64,000 nucleotides of DNA from Bacteroidia bacterium (GTDB taxonomy: Bacteria; Bacteroidota; Bacteroidia; CAILMK01; JACPUW01). Positions 19,407 to 28,179 of this stretch are shown piece by piece. Numbering within the stretch: the first letter of the stretch is position 1; the number at the start of each line of letters is the position of its first letter. The DNA is taken from NCBI GenBank assembly GCA_049115495.1, contig JAGDZV010000001.1, forward strand, positions 528,131-592,130, given 5' to 3'. A program made the translations under genes and the position numbers. The notes below the pieces were generated by a model that was given only the letters and a program-made list of their open reading frames with translations, made no database searches and was not told the origin of the DNA.

Positions 19407-20789
19407 ATGAGTACAGCACTCGTTTGGTTTAGAAATGACTTAAGAATTCGTGATAACGCCGTTTTAGCGAAGGCTGTTGAAAACCACGAATTCGTGATTC
19501 CTATTTATATTTTTGATGATAACTACTTTGGTAAAACGGCATTTGGTTTTGCGAAGACAGGAAGCTTTAGAGCTCAGTATTTATTGGAATCAATTGATGA
19601 CCTTCAGGGTTCACTGTTAGAGCTTGGTGGGGATTTGGCAATTAGAAAAGGAAATACTGCCGAAGAACTCGCCAAACTGGTTGAAAGCTTTGAAGTGGAT
19701 GTGATTTATACTCAGAAAGAAGTTTGCAAAGAAGAATTGGATATTGAGAAGGCAGTTAAAAAAGCAGTTAACTGTAAGGTTGATTTCACTTGGACTTCTA
19801 CCCTATTCCACCCGAACGAAATCCCTTTTTCGTTTGAAAACATTCCAGACATTTTCTCCAACTTTAGAAAGAAATGTGAGAAATATGGCGCTGTAAAATC
19901 AGAAGTAGAAGCTCCTGACTTCATTAATCTATCAACTGGATTAGATGCTGGATGCTTACCAAGCCTTGAAGACCTTGGTTTGCAGAAATCCAAAGCTGAT
20001 TCAAGGGTGGCATTAAAATTTAAAGGTGGTGAAAAAGAAGCTTGGAAACGTCTTGATCATTACTTCTGGCAAACCGGAGAACTCGCCAATTACAAATTCA
20101 AGCGAAATGGCCTTTTGGGTGAAGATTACTCATCAAAATTTGCGGCTTGGTTGGCTCATGGCTGCATATCACCTGTTTCAATTTACCATGAAGTAAAGCG
20201 GTTTGAAGGTGAAGTCAAGAAAAACCAAAGCACCTACTGGCTAGTTTTTGAATTGATCTGGCGAGACTATTTCAGGTATGTCTGCGCTAAATATGGCGAT
20301 CATGTATTCTATCCAGGTGGTATTCGGCAAGAAAACATTCAATGGAAATGGGATGCCAATCTTTTTGAAAAATGGAGATTGGGTGAAACAGGTGTACCTT
20401 TTGTAGATGCCAATATGAAAGAGCTTCTTCATACTGGTTTTATGAGCAATCGAGGAAGGCAAAATGTCGCGAGCTTTTTAGTAAAGGATATGGGAATTGA
20501 TTGGTGTGCGGGTGCTGAATGGTTCGAAAGCCAGCTAGTAGATTATGACGTTTGTTCAAACTATGGCAATTGGAACTATGTAGCGGGCATAGGTAACGAT
20601 CCTAGAGACGATAGATATTTTGATGTGGTTTGGCAAGCGAAAAAGTATGATGCAAAGGCAGAATACATACGAACATGGCTTCCTGAATTAAAGGATGCCA
20701 GCCCAGAACAAGCCATTGAACCTTGGAAAGGTGGATTGTTTCCAGTTGACTATCCAAAACCTGTTGTAAGGGGAAGATTTATGAAATAA
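19407..20789 (+). CDS. cryptochrome DASH (CRY-DASH) family protein
   Basis: LVWFRNDLRIRDN N-terminus. DYDVCSNYGNWNYVAG and DPRDDRYF motifs characteristic of CRY-DASH. Confidence 0.8.
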   Translation: MSTALVWFRNDLRIRDNAVLAKAVENHEFVIPIYIFDDNYFGKTAFGFAKTGSFRAQYLLESIDDLQGSLLELGGDLAIRKGNTAEELAKLVESFEVDVIYTQKEVCKEELDIEKAVKKAVNCKVDFTWTSTLFHPNEIPFSFENIPDIFSNFRKKCEKYGAVKSEVEAPDFINLSTGLDAGCLPSLEDLGLQKSKADSRVALKFKGGEKEAWKRLDHYFWQTGELANYKFKRNGLLGEDYSSKFAAWLAHGCISPVSIYHEVKRFEGEVKKNQSTYWLVFELIWRDYFRYVCAKYGDHVFYPGGIRQENIQWKWDANLFEKWRLGETGVPFVDANMKELLHTGFMSNRGRQNVASFLVKDMGIDWCAGAEWFESQLVDYDVCSNYGNWNYVAGIGNDPRDDRYFDVVWQAKKYDAKAEYIRTWLPELKDASPEQAIEPWKGGLFPVDYPKPVVRGRFMK

Positions 20790-20845
20790 AAAAATGCGAC
20801 ACATCCCTAGCCCTTCTCCGCCGATTAGCGAAAAGGAATTTACTT

Positions 20846-20867
20846 TCTTTCCCTGGTGAGGGAAAGA
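20846..20867 (+). terminator. hairpin downstream of CRY-DASH gene
   Basis: tctttccc-tggtga-gggaaaga 8-bp stem. No strong T-run, so weak. Confidence 0.35.
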
Positions 20868-20868
20868 T

Positions 20869-20889
20869 GTCCAGAACTTGATTCTGGAC
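20869..20889 (+). repeat. solo hairpin module related to the MITE-like element
   Basis: gtccagaaCTTGAttctggac is the same loop and stem architecture as the cctgaaCTTGAttcagg module of the element. Confidence 0.5.
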
Positions 20890-20916
20890 AGATAGGGTCG
20901 TAACTAATTATAGAAA

Positions 20917-22440
20917 ATGAAAACACTCAGACTCATTCTTGGCGACCAACTAAATTACGAGCATAGCTGGTTTAAGCGCTCTGATGAAAACGTGCTTTAC
21001 ACATTAATGGAAGTGCGTTCGGAGCAGGAATACGTGAAGCATCATATTCAAAAGATTGTGGGCTTTTTCACTGCCATGCGAGCTTTCGCTGCCCATTTGG
21101 AATCCAATCGACATCAAGTTCACTACTTTAAATATGATGATGCTAATAACCTTCATTCGTTTAATGACAATCTGAAAAGGCTTATTAAAGAGCAAAACAT
21201 AGAGCGCTTAGAGTACATGGAACCCGATGAGTATCGACTGGATATTTTGCTGAAAGAAATCTGCGCTGAGCTTTCAATTGAGTCAGAAATGGTGAGTACA
21301 GAACATTTCATGACCCAGCGAAATGATGTAGAAGAATTCTTTAAAACCAAGAAAACCTATCTAATGGAAAGCTTTTATCGCAGCATGCGAAAGAAGCATA
21401 ACATTATGATGGAAGGCAAAGATCCCTTGGGCAGCCAATGGAATTTTGACCATGACAATAGAAAGAAATACAAGGGTGAAGTTCCTATTCCACCAAAGTT
21501 TGATGCTGCAAATGATGTAAGCGAAATATATAAAATGGTGCTCGACGAAAACATTCCGCATTTTGGGGAGATAGATGCAGACACCTTTCAATGGCCAATT
21601 AACAGAGAACAGGCGCTTGAACATTTGAAATACTTTTTAAACCATCACCTTATTTATTTTGGTACTTATGAAGATGCGCTAAGTACGCAAAGTGAAACGC
21701 TTTTTCACTCAAGACTTTCTTTTGCCATGAACCTGAAAATGATTTCGCCGAAAGAGATCATTGACAAAACCTTAGAACATTGGGCAAAACATCAAGAAAT
21801 TCAAATACAACAAGTTGAAGGATTTGTGAGGCAAATAATGGGTTGGCGCGAGTTTATGCGTGGTATCTATTGGGCCAAAATGCCGGGTTATGAAAAGGAA
21901 AACTACTTTGAGAATGAAGCCAAGCTACCCGAATGGTTTTGGACGGGTGACACCAAAATGAACTGCCTTAAACATGCGATAAAAGGAAGTTTGAAAAACG
22001 CCTATGCCCACCATATTCAAAGGCTAATGGTTACCGGGAATTTTGCGGCTTTGATCGGCGCACATCCTGACGAAGTTGACGCATGGTACTTGGGCATATA
22101 CATAGATGCCATTCAATGGGTTGAAATTACCAATACCCGTGGCATGAGCCAATTTGCGGATGGCGGTCTGCTTGCTACAAAACCTTATGTATCATCTGCC
22201 AGCTATATTCACAAAATGAGCGATTACTGTGGTGGATGCAAATACAACCACAAGCTAAAAACTGAAGAAAACGCCTGCCCTTTTAACAGCCTGTATTGGG
22301 ATTATTTTGAGAGAAACCGAGAAAAGCTACAAAAGAACCCACGCATTGGTATGATGTACCGCGTTTGGGACAAAATGAAAAACCAAGAAGATATTTTAGA
22401 AAAAGCTGCACAATTGAAATCCAATGTTGAACGATTGTAA
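20917..22440 (+). CDS. FeS-BCP-type (CryPro / (6-4) photolyase-like) CPF protein with 4-Cys cluster
   Basis: 507 aa. C-terminal C-x2-C-x12-C (DYCGGCKYNHKLKTEENACPF) plus upstream Cys in CLKHAIKG, matching [4Fe-4S]-binding FeS-BCP members (PhrB/CryB). Confidence 0.8.
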   Translation: MKTLRLILGDQLNYEHSWFKRSDENVLYTLMEVRSEQEYVKHHIQKIVGFFTAMRAFAAHLESNRHQVHYFKYDDANNLHSFNDNLKRLIKEQNIERLEYMEPDEYRLDILLKEICAELSIESEMVSTEHFMTQRNDVEEFFKTKKTYLMESFYRSMRKKHNIMMEGKDPLGSQWNFDHDNRKKYKGEVPIPPKFDAANDVSEIYKMVLDENIPHFGEIDADTFQWPINREQALEHLKYFLNHHLIYFGTYEDALSTQSETLFHSRLSFAMNLKMISPKEIIDKTLEHWAKHQEIQIQQVEGFVRQIMGWREFMRGIYWAKMPGYEKENYFENEAKLPEWFWTGDTKMNCLKHAIKGSLKNAYAHHIQRLMVTGNFAALIGAHPDEVDAWYLGIYIDAIQWVEITNTRGMSQFADGGLLATKPYVSSASYIHKMSDYCGGCKYNHKLKTEENACPFNSLYWDYFERNREKLQKNPRIGMMYRVWDKMKNQEDILEKAAQLKSNVERL

Positions 22441-22456
22441 AGACTAAATTTGGTTT

Positions 22457-23002
22457 GTGAAATCCTTTATATTTAGCATTTTAATATCAGTGCCGTTGTT
22501 TGGTAATTCTCAAAGTTGGGAGAGAATTACTTTGAATGTTTCACCCACTTTGGGATTTGGTGAGAAAAAATCACCTGAAATACGCGATGGTAATTCATTT
22601 TTAACTGCAGGAATAGGGTATCACTTCTATTTAAATAATAAATTTCTTTTAAACCCAACAGTGGGCTATTGCATCAATGAACTTAATGGAAAACAGTCAA
22701 GTGGTATTGACTTGTCTATTAACTCACTTCTCGCTCTTAAACAACGATTTAATACTCATATGTTTTTGGCTTTTAGCTATTATCACGATATGAATATGAA
22801 CCCAAATTCATTATGCCTTTCTGTTGGTTTTGGAATTACTCCATGGGCTAAATACGATAATGAAGAAGACGAATCTTGGCAAGGTCAAATGCTCATTGCC
22901 CAAATAGGTCCTGCATTTATTTTTCAAGAAGATCTATACTTCGGATTTAAAATGTCTTGGATCAATTGTCTTGGAAACACAATTCCAAGAAAACAAACCT
23001 GA
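22457..23002 (+). CDS. hypothetical secreted protein (possible small OM beta-barrel)
   Basis: GTG start. Signal peptide, alternating hydrophobic pattern. No family recognised. Confidence 0.4.
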   Translation: MKSFIFSILISVPLFGNSQSWERITLNVSPTLGFGEKKSPEIRDGNSFLTAGIGYHFYLNNKFLLNPTVGYCINELNGKQSSGIDLSINSLLALKQRFNTHMFLAFSYYHDMNMNPNSLCLSVGFGITPWAKYDNEEDESWQGQMLIAQIGPAFIFQEDLYFGFKMSWINCLGNTIPRKQT

Positions 23003-23043
23003 AAATTCATTTCTCTTTAACTATATCTGTCATTTGGGATAAA

Positions 23044-23109
23044 ATGAAAAATCAGAAAGCGATTTTAGAAAAAGCCGCACAATTGAAAGACAATGTTGAC
23101 CGTTTGTAA
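23044..23109 (+). pseudogene. 21-codon remnant duplicating the C-terminus of the FeS-BCP photolyase
   Basis: MKNQKAILEKAAQLKDNVDRL* versus photolyase end MKNQEDILEKAAQLKSNVERL*. The duplication extends through the following intergenic sequence and GTG start context (22375..22462 ≈ 23044..23130). Confidence 0.45.
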
Positions 23110-23124
23110 GACTAAATTTGGTTT

Positions 23125-23682
23125 GTGAAGATTTTTGTCCTGACGCTACTTTTTATTTATCCTTTAAAATCTCTTTGTCAAATTGATTTAAGTGGTACTT
23201 ACTATACCGTATCGTATAATCAAGGAGTTGATTTTTATAGCTTTAAAGATTGGTGGAGATATTCAACATTTAGAGACGATTATAAGGAGTCGAGAATAGT
23301 CAATAACAATTTTGTGATTGGAATAGGAAAACGAAAAAATATTGGTTCTGCCTTATTTGGTTATTCGATTGGCCCAAGTATTTACACTTCGCAACCCGAC
23401 TTCAAAAGATCGTTAGGACTTCAAATTGAAACATCAATAATTTTTGCTAATTCGCTGCTTTTAAAAGGCTCTTTAGGCAAAGGTTTACTATTTGATAAAT
23501 CCAAACTTTACAAATCAATTACGATTGGCGTGTTTCCTTTTTTTAAAGCATTGGCCAATGAAGAAAATATTATGGCGTATCAAGTAGGAATTATTGGTAT
23601 ATCATTAATTCATTATGATAAAATATTTTTGGGTATCTCGGCAGAAATCCCAATTAACTTGAGTTTTTTAAAAAAGAACTAA
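23125..23682 (+). CDS. hypothetical secreted protein, positional paralog of 22457..23002
   Basis: GTG start in the same duplicated context (taagactaaatttggtttGTGAA). Signal peptide. Confidence 0.4.
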   Translation: MKIFVLTLLFIYPLKSLCQIDLSGTYYTVSYNQGVDFYSFKDWWRYSTFRDDYKESRIVNNNFVIGIGKRKNIGSALFGYSIGPSIYTSQPDFKRSLGLQIETSIIFANSLLLKGSLGKGLLFDKSKLYKSITIGVFPFFKALANEENIMAYQVGIIGISLIHYDKIFLGISAEIPINLSFLKKN

Positions 23683-23687
23683 AACTC

Positions 23688-23951
23688 CTATGTAACCTTA
23701 TTCCCCGAAATCGCTTTTTGCCTTGAGCATTTAAAACGCCCAACATCTTCTCCCCTTAGTTTCCTGTGCTTGGTTTTGCGGCCTTTAACGTGTTTGCGCC
23801 AATGCTTAAAGCTACTGTGCTTTAGCTCTTTGCGCATTATCTCGCGCACCTCGTTTTCTTTTAACCCAAACTGAAATTCAATGGCTTCAAATGGCGTACG
23901 ATCTTCCCAGGCCATTTCAATTATTCTATCTATTTCTTGTTGGCTAAACAT
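23688..23951 (-). CDS. TIGR03643/DUF2805-family protein
   Basis: IDRIIEMAWEDRTPFEAIEFQFGL signature with basic C-terminal tail. This family is commonly linked to photolyase gene neighbourhoods. Confidence 0.6.
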   Translation of the reverse strand: MFSQQEIDRIIEMAWEDRTPFEAIEFQFGLKENEVREIMRKELKHSSFKHWRKHVKGRKTKHRKLRGEDVGRFKCSRQKAISGNKVT

Positions 23952-24121
23952 GTAAACCTAACACCTAGCACAAATCATTGTTCTAAGATTTAGCATAGTT
24001 ATTCATGTTTGAAAGACTACAGAGCTACCGACTTTATTGGCACCATAAGAAGTCCGGAATGACAGAGTTGTTTTACTTAGCAAAGCCTTTTCGCTCGTCA
24101 CTAATTTCTAATAACCAATAA

Positions 24122-25363
24122 CTACTTATTCTTCTCGTCTTTCAAATAATTGAAACTCTCCCAAAACTTTTTGTTGAATGGAATCTCTTCGTAGTAAGCT
24201 CGCTTTTCTATAGGTTTTGGGTTTTTCACTTCAATGTCTGTCACTAAAAGCTGTGCTTCAATTGATTCTTTTTTAATCGAATTGTTATTCTTGTGCTTCC
24301 ACTTGTGTTTTCGGTTGTATTGAACAGAGCTTAAAAAGTATATACCACCATACTCTTGATATCTAGTAGTTACAGTGTAAACAATTGAAACAGGAGCCGA
24401 CTCCTGCTTACTTTCATTTACATATAGGCTTCTGCCTTGGCTGCTATAATTACTGCATTCATATGTAGCTTCATATTTTACAACAGCATAATCTTTCTTC
24501 TTAATGTAAATTTTACCTGAATATGCCGTTGAATAGTTATCTCCTGTAAGTCCTAACCTTGGGTTTAAGCATTTGAATTTAATCACCCAAACAGAATCAC
24601 CATCCAACTGAGTTACGGCATCAATATCCACTTCATATTCATCGTATATATAAAGTGCATTAAGCACATTATTGTAGTTTCTTACAATGTCAAACTCAAG
24701 CAAATCATCTAGTTGAGTTGTTCTATCTGAAAGACTGTTTTGCTCAAAATTCCTACGTACTTGCATAAACTCATAGCCACGATCTTTATATGCCGTAAAT
24801 GCATTTGCCTGCTCGTAGCCTTTAGCATCATAAAGTTTAACTGCGGCTTGTCTTTCTTTACTCACTTTACCATTTATCTGCTGAGTATTGCGGTAATACA
24901 TATCATAGTTAAAAGCACCTTGATGATAGTTTTTAGAAATAGCATCTGCTGCATTTTTAATTATAGTGTTGGCATAGGTTGACTTTACTTCTACTGTAAT
25001 GTCTTCTATCTCATATACAAAAGGTGCAATCTCAAAGCGATGAAAATCCTCACCTAGGTATTCGCTTACTAAGTATTCCGATTTTTTATAACCAACCACC
25101 GTCATCAAAACTGTGTCGGTAATTGCATCTTCGGGAATATTTAAAGTAAATTCTCCATCAAAGTTTGTTGCAGTTCCTTTGAAAGAACCTTTTAGAACCA
25201 CATTAACAAAAGGTATTGGTTCGCCTTTTTCAGCATCAACAACTACTCCGTGTATATATTTTTGAGCCTTTAATTGCAATACACTTACAAAGGCTATAAG
25301 TAGAATAATTAGGCTTTTTAGTTTCAAAATATTGATTTTGATTAGTATAACGGTTTTCAACAA
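24122..25363 (-). CDS. secreted protein with N-terminal carboxypeptidase-regulatory-like domain
   Basis: HGVVVDAEKGEPIPFVNVVLKGSFKGTATNFDGEFTL resembles CarboxypepD_reg. Remainder unassigned. Confidence 0.45.
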   Translation of the reverse strand: MLKTVILIKINILKLKSLIILLIAFVSVLQLKAQKYIHGVVVDAEKGEPIPFVNVVLKGSFKGTATNFDGEFTLNIPEDAITDTVLMTVVGYKKSEYLVSEYLGEDFHRFEIAPFVYEIEDITVEVKSTYANTIIKNAADAISKNYHQGAFNYDMYYRNTQQINGKVSKERQAAVKLYDAKGYEQANAFTAYKDRGYEFMQVRRNFEQNSLSDRTTQLDDLLEFDIVRNYNNVLNALYIYDEYEVDIDAVTQLDGDSVWVIKFKCLNPRLGLTGDNYSTAYSGKIYIKKKDYAVVKYEATYECSNYSSQGRSLYVNESKQESAPVSIVYTVTTRYQEYGGIYFLSSVQYNRKHKWKHKNNNSIKKESIEAQLLVTDIEVKNPKPIEKRAYYEEIPFNKKFWESFNYLKDEKNK

Positions 25364-25462
25364 AATTACTTGATACCATCTTTTGCTAAGTAGTGTTAAA
25401 AGCTACTTTTGAGTAAGAAGATGTGGACTTTTGCCGTTGTTTACTAAACTTTATCCCGAAAC

Positions 25463-26362
25463 ATGAAAACTCTAAAATTCGTTTTTCTACTTGTTGGCTT
25501 AACTACCATTGCCGGCTGTGTATCTAAAAAAAAGTATGAAGACCTATCAGCCGCCAAGCGCAGGTCTGACATGAAATTGGCCGAAGTAAGTAAAGAGAAT
25601 AAAGAGTTAGATAAAAAGCTTTCTACAAAAACTAAAGAAGCTAAAAACCTAGACAATGAGCTTGTCAAACTCAAAGAAGAGTTTAACGACATGAAAAACG
25701 AAATGCTTGAAAACAATGCCAGAAAGTCAAGTTTAATTGAAGATTTAAATAGAAAGTTGGCTGTTTTATCAAAAGATAACAAGAGTGCCACCGACTCTTT
25801 AGAAAGCATGTTAAATAGGCTTGACAAAAAGGAAGCGCGTTACGCTGAACGGCAAAAAGAGTTAAAAGGGAAATTATTAGATCTTGAAGGAATAGATGCT
25901 GCCTTAAGCAGTTATTATGAAAAACTATCGTCCATTGAAAAGTTTGTTACACATAATATTGACAAGAACGGCATACCAAAGGTATTTACACAAATTGAAG
26001 GTGGTTTTTTGTATATAACTTTTGATAATGAAGCACTTTTTAAGACTGGCACATTAGAACTTGAAGCAGACGGCAAACGTGCATTAAAAGTAATTGCATC
26101 AGCGCTAGAAAATAATGCCCCGGCAAGAATCACTGTTGCGGCTAATTACTCTGAAGATTTAAGTACTTCTGTTGCTTTTAAGAAAACCAATGAGAAGGGA
26201 AATATAATCTCAACATACTTGAGCGAGAATGCTAAGTTAACTGATGTCTCAATTAATTTTAGTAGCGAGAAAATAGTTAAGCAAAAACTTAGTGATAATG
26301 ACCATGCCATTGCCTTTATAATAAACCCACCATTGGGCACTATCACCAAGTTTGCAGAATAA
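25463..26362 (+). CDS. coiled-coil lipoprotein with divergent OmpA-like C-terminal domain
   Basis: Lipobox IAGC. Long heptad-rich K/E region. C-terminal block (YITFDNEALFKTGTLELEADGKRALKVIA…ARITVAAN) resembles an OmpA/MotB peptidoglycan-binding fold. Confidence 0.45.
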   Translation: MKTLKFVFLLVGLTTIAGCVSKKKYEDLSAAKRRSDMKLAEVSKENKELDKKLSTKTKEAKNLDNELVKLKEEFNDMKNEMLENNARKSSLIEDLNRKLAVLSKDNKSATDSLESMLNRLDKKEARYAERQKELKGKLLDLEGIDAALSSYYEKLSSIEKFVTHNIDKNGIPKVFTQIEGGFLYITFDNEALFKTGTLELEADGKRALKVIASALENNAPARITVAANYSEDLSTSVAFKKTNEKGNIISTYLSENAKLTDVSINFSSEKIVKQKLSDNDHAIAFIINPPLGTITKFAE

Positions 26363-26382
26363 AATCAGAAACGCATTAACAC

Positions 26383-26793
26383 TTAGGTTAAAACGTAGTC
26401 TTTATTCATTAAATCATGAATTTGCTTCTTATCAACAGGCTTTGCAACATATTCGGTAATTACTCCAGAATCATTTGCTCTGCTAATATCTCTATCATCT
26501 ACTGAGCTACTGATCATAAATACAGTGGCATCTTTAATAATTTGCTTTTTAAGCTCATTATATTCCATTACGAAATCCCAACCATCCATTATTGGCATGT
26601 TAATGTCAAGAAAGATTACGTCAGGTAAATTATCGTTTTCGAGTCTGTTTGTCTTTATATATTCAATTGCTTCTCTACCGTTTTCAAAACAAAGTATATT
26701 ATCGGCGAGATTCTGATTTTTGATATGCTTTTTCAGTATAAATCTGAATATTTCATCATCGTCAATGATGCAGGCGTTTTTTACTTTTTTCAT
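26383..26793 (-). CDS. stand-alone response-regulator receiver (REC) domain protein
   Basis: DD…D (FLDINMPIMDG) and T/K motifs. 136 aa. No output domain or adjacent kinase. Confidence 0.8.
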   Translation of the reverse strand: MKKVKNACIIDDDEIFRFILKKHIKNQNLADNILCFENGREAIEYIKTNRLENDNLPDVIFLDINMPIMDGWDFVMEYNELKKQIIKDATVFMISSSVDDRDISRANDSGVITEYVAKPVDKKQIHDLMNKDYVLT

Positions 26794-27082
26794 GATTGTT
26801 TCGTTTTAGTTTAAGTCAATTGTTTAGTTCAGACCAACATCTTTAGTCCTTACAAGAACAAAGTAACTATAGGTTCGTCCGACTGTACATGCTATTCACC
26901 GAAAACTAACGTAATTTCATAGCCAACAAATGAATTGACCACTGATTATCAAGCACTTACACTCCCAGCAAACAATTTACGTAGGATATTTTTGTAATTA
27001 GGTCTTAAAATTAAAACCGACGAATTGATACATCTCACCGACATATCTTCGAATTCGGAACATAGATTAAGAAAAACATAAG

Positions 27083-27112
27083 ACAAAAAAAATCCCCGCA
27101 TGGCAGGGATTC
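27083..27112 (-). terminator. rho-independent terminator (minus strand)
   Basis: On minus strand aatccc-N9-gggatt then TTTTTTTT, immediately after the stop of 27134..28105. Confidence 0.55.
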
Positions 27113-27133
27113 ATATATAATTTTAAACTGTGG

Positions 27134-28105
27134 TTAAAATCCAAAATCTTTTACACCTCTGTTTTTAATAATTCTTTCAGTTTTGGCTTTAGAATTCTCT
27201 ACAATTACCTGATATGTATCTCCACTTCCAGGGTTTGTAAGCTTAATTGTAGTACTTCCCTTCTTCCAGTTCATCACTTTAAGATCTACGCCTAATTCGA
27301 CAACATCTTCAGGAGCACCAAATTTATTGCTTAAAATAAATGCCATATCATCATAACTTGATTTACCACCAGTGAGTACTATACCAGTAAGTTTATCATC
27401 TTCATTAAACGAGTAGTTTATTCTATTTAACCTTACAGAACCAAATGCATACTTATCAATATCCAAAACATAATTGTTCGGCTTATTCGCTTCTTCGTCT
27501 AATTTAAAAGTTAGCTTTTCTCCATTTACATAAATAGAATCTTTGTGCTGTAACCATTTAAATGATCTGAATCCTGTCACTTCTTCACCTTCAACTACAA
27601 TATCTTTTATGTTCATATTCTTCTTGTAGTCTTCACTAAGATCCCAGTTACTTTCTATTGAAAGCACCCAGTTTTGTTCTACTTTAAATTGGGTTAGGCT
27701 AATTGAAACATCGCCATCAAGCCAATTGCTAACTTTTAGTTTTGGAGTTGGGTCAGTTACAGAAGTGGCCTTACCAAATTTGAAAGCCAAGATATCCTTT
27801 ATATCTTTCAAATATTTATTGTCTCCATACATCATTACTTTCTTAAACCTTTTGTCTTCGTTAAACTTATAGGTTATTTTAGTAAGTGTGGCCGCACCAA
27901 GACTAAGGTTATCACTTGGAATATTGAATGTATTTGGCTCAGTAGATTCTTTATCTTTTTTGAATTTGGTTTTTACACCGTTTGAGTAAACTGAATCTAC
28001 GTGAATACCCCAAACTAAATCTCTAAATCCGGTAACCTTAGAGTTCTGTGCAAAGGCAGAAACTGACAGGCAAATTGCAAAAGTGGCAATCAAAAATTGT
28101 TTCAT
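27134..28105 (-). CDS. hypothetical secreted protein with internal tandem domain duplication
   Basis: Signal peptide. Two related ~150-aa halves (…TGFRDLVWGIHVDSVYSNGVKTKFK… / …TGFRSFKWLQHKDSIYVNGEKLTFK…). Confidence 0.4.
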   Translation of the reverse strand: MKQFLIATFAICLSVSAFAQNSKVTGFRDLVWGIHVDSVYSNGVKTKFKKDKESTEPNTFNIPSDNLSLGAATLTKITYKFNEDKRFKKVMMYGDNKYLKDIKDILAFKFGKATSVTDPTPKLKVSNWLDGDVSISLTQFKVEQNWVLSIESNWDLSEDYKKNMNIKDIVVEGEEVTGFRSFKWLQHKDSIYVNGEKLTFKLDEEANKPNNYVLDIDKYAFGSVRLNRINYSFNEDDKLTGIVLTGGKSSYDDMAFILSNKFGAPEDVVELGVDLKVMNWKKGSTTIKLTNPGSGDTYQVIVENSKAKTERIIKNRGVKDFGF

Positions 28106-28179
28106 GTTATTGTGGCTTTTATTCTTTAGCTACTCAAAAATAAAATATTATTCCAAGCGTGTAATTTTAAACTTTTCCA

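Noticed and set aside
23040-23124. TAAATTTG -7-like box 4 nt upstream of the GTG starts at 22457 and 23125, as a promoter
   Set aside because: It is too close to the start codon to be a conventional promoter for those genes unless the transcripts are leaderless. It is kept only as part of the duplicated-module finding.
25444-25827. 127-aa minus-strand ORF
   Set aside because: It lies entirely inside and antisense to the coiled-coil OmpA-like lipoprotein gene. Its Ser/Leu-rich composition is typical of antisense frames of K/E-rich coding sequence.
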